Assembly: GCA_946965045.2 (NCBI GenBank)
Contig: OX337228.1
Coordinates: forward strand, 558,001 to 622,000
Direction of reading: 5' to 3'
Source: Epithemia pelagica
Taxonomy: Eukaryota; Protista; Bacillariophyta
DNA length: 64,000 nt
Each line of letters begins with the position of its first letter. Positions within the stretch are counted from its first letter, which is position 1. The notes beneath the pieces were generated by a model that made no database searches, was not told the origin of the DNA, and was given only the letters and a program-made list of their open reading frames with translations. This document shows positions 60,141-64,000 of the stretch, piece by piece. Position numbers and translations under genes: made by a program.

Positions 60141-61332
60141 CATGTGCCCCAGCTAATATGGCGATTGAGATGAAGAAAATGAAATGACGCACGCATCGAC
60201 TGACGAATGACGAAAAGAAGAATATCACGCCCAACGCGATTCTGGTCATCTTGAAGTAATGAATGATGAAGATCTAGAGTTGTGGTTGGGAGTGAGATCG
60301 ATCGAGTCACTGTCTTTCAGGGTCGGTCTTATCGAGCGTGAAATTTCACTCATTTCACACAAATCCAGCTTCCAAATGTCGCAGTTTTTAGGGTGTGAAA
60401 AACAAGGGTCCGATCGATGGCAATAGGTGTGAAATCGATTTCACACAAAACCTCAGTCTTTCGCAGTCGTAACTCGTACCTCGTACCGATGAACCTTTTC
60501 ACCATGACGAGGCGCTTCCCTTCCTGTGCGAGTAATAAACAACAATCATACAAGTGCAAAACATACAACCGACTTACTCCTACTAATTATAAGCCTATAT
60601 TATGTAGTCACCACCACTGCTGCTTGTTGTCATTGGTATAAGTGATGGTTTCACTTATAGTTGGTTGTTGCGTTTGTTGTCGTTGTCGCGGCACAGGATT
60701 GTCTCGTTCGGCCGAAACAAGGCGTTGATCGTTGTGTTTGTTGTAGAACTGTAGAACTGAAAGAACCAGAGATGGGGAGTAGTTGATTGTTGCTTTTTGT
60801 GCCATTGTCATGTCGTGGCCCCGGATTGTTTTGTTCGGCCGAAACGATGAGTTGATTGTTGCGATGGCCCTCTTCTGGAGGTGCACTGGACGACGACTCC
60901 ATGGTGGCAATAGCTGTGTGATTGCTGTGGAGGGTGGAGGGGCTAAGAACGTCCTAATGTACTGTGGGGAAAATTACACCTAGTCAACGTAGATGAATTG
61001 TGAAATTTTGGTGAAACTGCAATGGGGGGCCTCAAATTGCCTCGTGTGAAATTCACAAAAATTTCACAACCCACCTTGGCAACGTCAGGCCACGTCGGCC
61101 AGAAGTGTGAAATGTGTGAAATTTCACGCCGATAAGACCGACCCTCAGGTTGATTGTTGATCAAAGGTGCTTTACGTTGCAGGTATTGTATCTCTTGTCT
61201 GACGATCATCTGTTTTTTTTTGGTGGGTGGAAAACGCGTTGGGCGTGATATTCTTCTTTTCGTCATTCGTCAGTCTATGCGTGCGTCATTTCATTTTCTT
61301 CGTCTCAATCGCCATATTAGCTGGGGCACATG
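60141..61332. mobile_element. 1,192-bp non-autonomous TIR element with TA duplication (Tc1/mariner-type ends)
   Basis: 98-bp TIRs (60141-60238 and 61235-61332, 96/98 identical) starting CATGTGCCCCAG; TA at 60139-40 and 61333-34; many internal GTGAAAT/ATTTCAC motifs; no transposase ORF. Confidence 0.9.
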
Positions 61333-61662
61333 TAGGCACTTTTCTCTTCGACGCTTCTCTTCCTCGACATCGACATGTGGCACGAGTCAACAGGTACGAA
61401 GGACCATGGGGTTTCAGCACATATGCTTGCTATGTACTGTTACTTAGGTAAGGGGAACTCCATCCTTTTGGAGTGTGACTCAGGCACATCAAGGTGTACC
61501 TAGTCACTGGAATCGACGCGATAGCATTCCGAAACTCCATAACTTCATGCCTTTCTGTCCACCGACAGTAGGCTCGCAAACGACAGAGTGCAAGCACTCT
61601 TCCCCCCCCCCCCCCCCCCCCTGTTTCGTCCGACAAATATTTCTTGTTCAACATCTTTCTGC

Positions 61663-63207
61663 TCACAACGTGGATGAATACTGCAGTAATGTTTCCAGCG
61701 CTGCCACAACGTCAGTATACAGATCAATCATATCTGCTTGTGCGAATCGACCTCGAGCGTGCTCCTGAGACCGCTACCGATTGTTCAAAACAATTATATC
61801 CTTTGGCACCCGTTTATTGCGTGCCTGGGTTGTTGATCCTCTTCGCAACGACCGTCTGAAACTGTAATTTCCGAGCGCTTCCAATTCGTTGCCCAGCAAA
61901 TCCTCTCGTTCCTTTTGGCATTCGACTTATAATTCGTGAAGCCACAAATCAAGTTGTTGGATAGTTGATGGCCGCTCTCCTCCTGTTGGTTTCATCCGGA
62001 ATAGCGGGCCGTGGGTGATCTGCCTTCTCTCGTATGCTCTTATCAACCAAACTAACCATTTCCGATTTTGTATTCCAGATTTTGTTCTTTCGACCAAAGG
62101 GATCTTGTGCTTTTGTCTTGCTATCATCCCCTTAAATCTTCCTTCGAGGGCAATTAAGACGTGAGAACGGGTGGGATGGATGTGCCCTCGATTGGAGAGC
62201 TCACGCGTCTCGAACAGCCGCGCATGTCCCAATTCCTCCCCACGCAAGGCACTAGAGAACCCAATCATCAATGCCGCACCGACGTTGGCTATCTCAAATA
62301 CTTGTTTTTCATCTTGAGACTGTTCGGCCTCTTGATAGCGGCGTTCCAACACTTCTCCAAGTGCCATCAGCACATCGACAGACATTGCCGCATCCTGTAT
62401 TTTGACATCACCCATTCTTTCATGGGATCCGTCCATGAAACGTTTAAACCAGAGAGTGTTGGAGACGCTGTCTGTTACCCTGGCTGATTTTCTGCCATCG
62501 CTTAACACCGCTTCATTCGATCCTGATGGAGTCGAATGCACAAAGTTGGAGAAGGCTGAACGTATGCCTCTCATCGTATCCCACTGGATAGTCCTGGAGT
62601 TTTTCCCTTTATCTAGCGAACGTTGAAGAGAAACCATAGCTGGAATCATTCCGAGAGTGTCTTCGAGTGGATACGGTCCTCTTCGATGTTTTGGAGCTGG
62701 TGATGAAATCCGGAGACCAGCCAGTATTGTCATTGCCTTAGCCATCTCTCTCATGTTCCCTTGTACCGTGCTTGATCTTCGGGCCCAAAAGGCATCCAAG
62801 TTAGCTCTTATCATACACTTCAACGCCCAAGCAACATGCTCATCCTTCACATCTGGATCTCTTTTGTAAATATTTCTAAAATGGCATAGCTCACACTGGA
62901 ATGGCGTCATTAGATGATCTCCGGCTCTTGCAGTAGTGAACCATGCTTTGAGATCTCGCTTTTCTGTTTCCGTAGTCTCCCATCCCGGCTCCTCGAGTAC
63001 GTGATTGCCAAACTCGTCCTCCTCCAGTTGTAGAGGCTGGAGGTCTCTAGGAAAGGGGTCTATTGTTCCTGGCACCACATAGCAATGAGGATGATACGCC
63101 CCCCGGCATGGCTTCCAATGCCCGCGAGCGTATCCAAAATTGGCGCAGATAATCCCGTGCGTGTGCGATAGACTTCCGGTGCATCTGACGCAGCACATCT
63201 CTCTCAT
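61663..63207 (-). pseudogene. Tyrosine recombinase of a DIRS-type retroelement, with two nonsense codons
   Basis: The 63207-61927 ORF continues in frame past TAA and TAG through YSFRRSLRRGSTT...NNR*...MIDLYTDV to TGA at 61665-63. Catalytic-type R (ALRGEE), RxxRR, W (now TAG) and Y; Cys/His-rich N-terminus. Confidence 0.8.
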
Positions 63208-63660
63208 ACTTGAGAATGTCCCAGAATTTAACTCGCCAAGGATTTCTGTTCAGCAAAGGAAAAGCGAACGCTATGGTTAGAGGTTCATGTTCCGTATCTT
63301 TCGGCCAAAACTCTTCACTGAACGGGAGAACGCAAAACATATCCACTGCTTTGCTTAACATTCTTCTCCATCGACCACTCAACAACGATGGAGTGAGAAT
63401 CACATGTGTGTTCCAAGGGCGAACATGCCACGCCTCTGCCATCAAGAAGACAGCAACATCGGCCAAGCAGGGCGGTGGGACCCACACAAAGATTCCGTCT
63501 TGCTCTTGTGGTACGGTGAACCAATCCGTGGTGTTCAAGATCTTTATTTCGTCCTTATCATTAACAACTTGTCGGAGGAGCATTGTCAGGACTCGGGGTT
63601 GCCTTTCTACGGCAGACTTGTGGAGCGGAACGAAGCCCAGCATGTCAGCCCCTCCATCTA
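63047..63660 (-). pseudogene. 3' remnant of the DIRS pol-type ORF (post-RNase H, methyltransferase-like region)
   Basis: MLGFVPLHKSAVERQP...FVWVPPPCLADVA...RPWNTHVIL.PSLLSGRWRRML; overlaps the recombinase ORF in another frame, as DIRS ORFs do. RT and RNase H are not found upstream in this window. Confidence 0.6.
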
Positions 63661-64000
63661 AGGAGGGAAATGGGCCCTGGCGCTTGATTTCCACCCCCAA
63701 AAGCGAATTTCTAGAAAAAATTCGCCGAATTAAAATTATTTATGCGCAGTTTATTTTTATATGCGCAGTTTTTAACTATAATCCTGCTTTCCCAACTAAA
63801 TCTGCAAATCTAGGTCTAACAATGCACATTTCTCTAGCTAGTTCTAGAGATCGAGCTAACTATCACGCGCATGCAACAATTTTAATGCGCACAAGCCCGC
63901 GATCAAACCACGAATAACGCGCGCCACACTCCGATAATGCGCACTGCGACTATCTGGCGCGCTCGACCCCCCCGAGACGCGCATGACGCAACCCTCATGC

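Noticed and set aside
60651-60902. 83-aa ORF in the centre of the 1.2-kb TIR element as a transposase remnant
   Set aside because: Low-complexity sequence with no HTH or DDE motif visible.

Overview
Eukaryotic nuclear DNA. Short GT-AG introns, gene content and targeting peptides point to a diatom-like stramenopile (inference). Core genes: FAD-dependent monooxygenase, 3-exon TRRAP/Tra1 (~4,580 aa), a ~2,680-aa seven-module LRR surface protein, a PITH-domain protein, tRNA-Thr(UGU), a Pro-rich PDZ protein, an MST1/2 (Hippo)-like kinase, a BtaA-BtaB betaine lipid synthase, an SGNH hydrolase and a YqaJ/lambda-exonuclease-like protein with an N-terminal targeting-like leader. Accessory content: (i) three dispersed copies of a coiled-coil + PD-(D/E)xK nuclease + kinase gene with Crinkler-like architecture, duplicated with flanks, one catalytically intact and one apparently doubly inactive; (ii) a complete two-gene PIF/Harbinger-superfamily transposon (65-bp perfect TIRs, AGT duplication) nested in a TA-flanked TIR element; (iii) two related ~336-bp MITEs nested one inside the other with 6-bp TANNTA duplications; (iv) a 118-bp hairpin-rich MITE with a 10-bp duplication; (v) a 1.2-kb TA-flanked MITE; (vi) a decayed DIRS-type tyrosine-recombinase retroelement; (vii) two tandem secreted beta-helix genes, each with one lesion. 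All calls were made by eye; no database searches were run.
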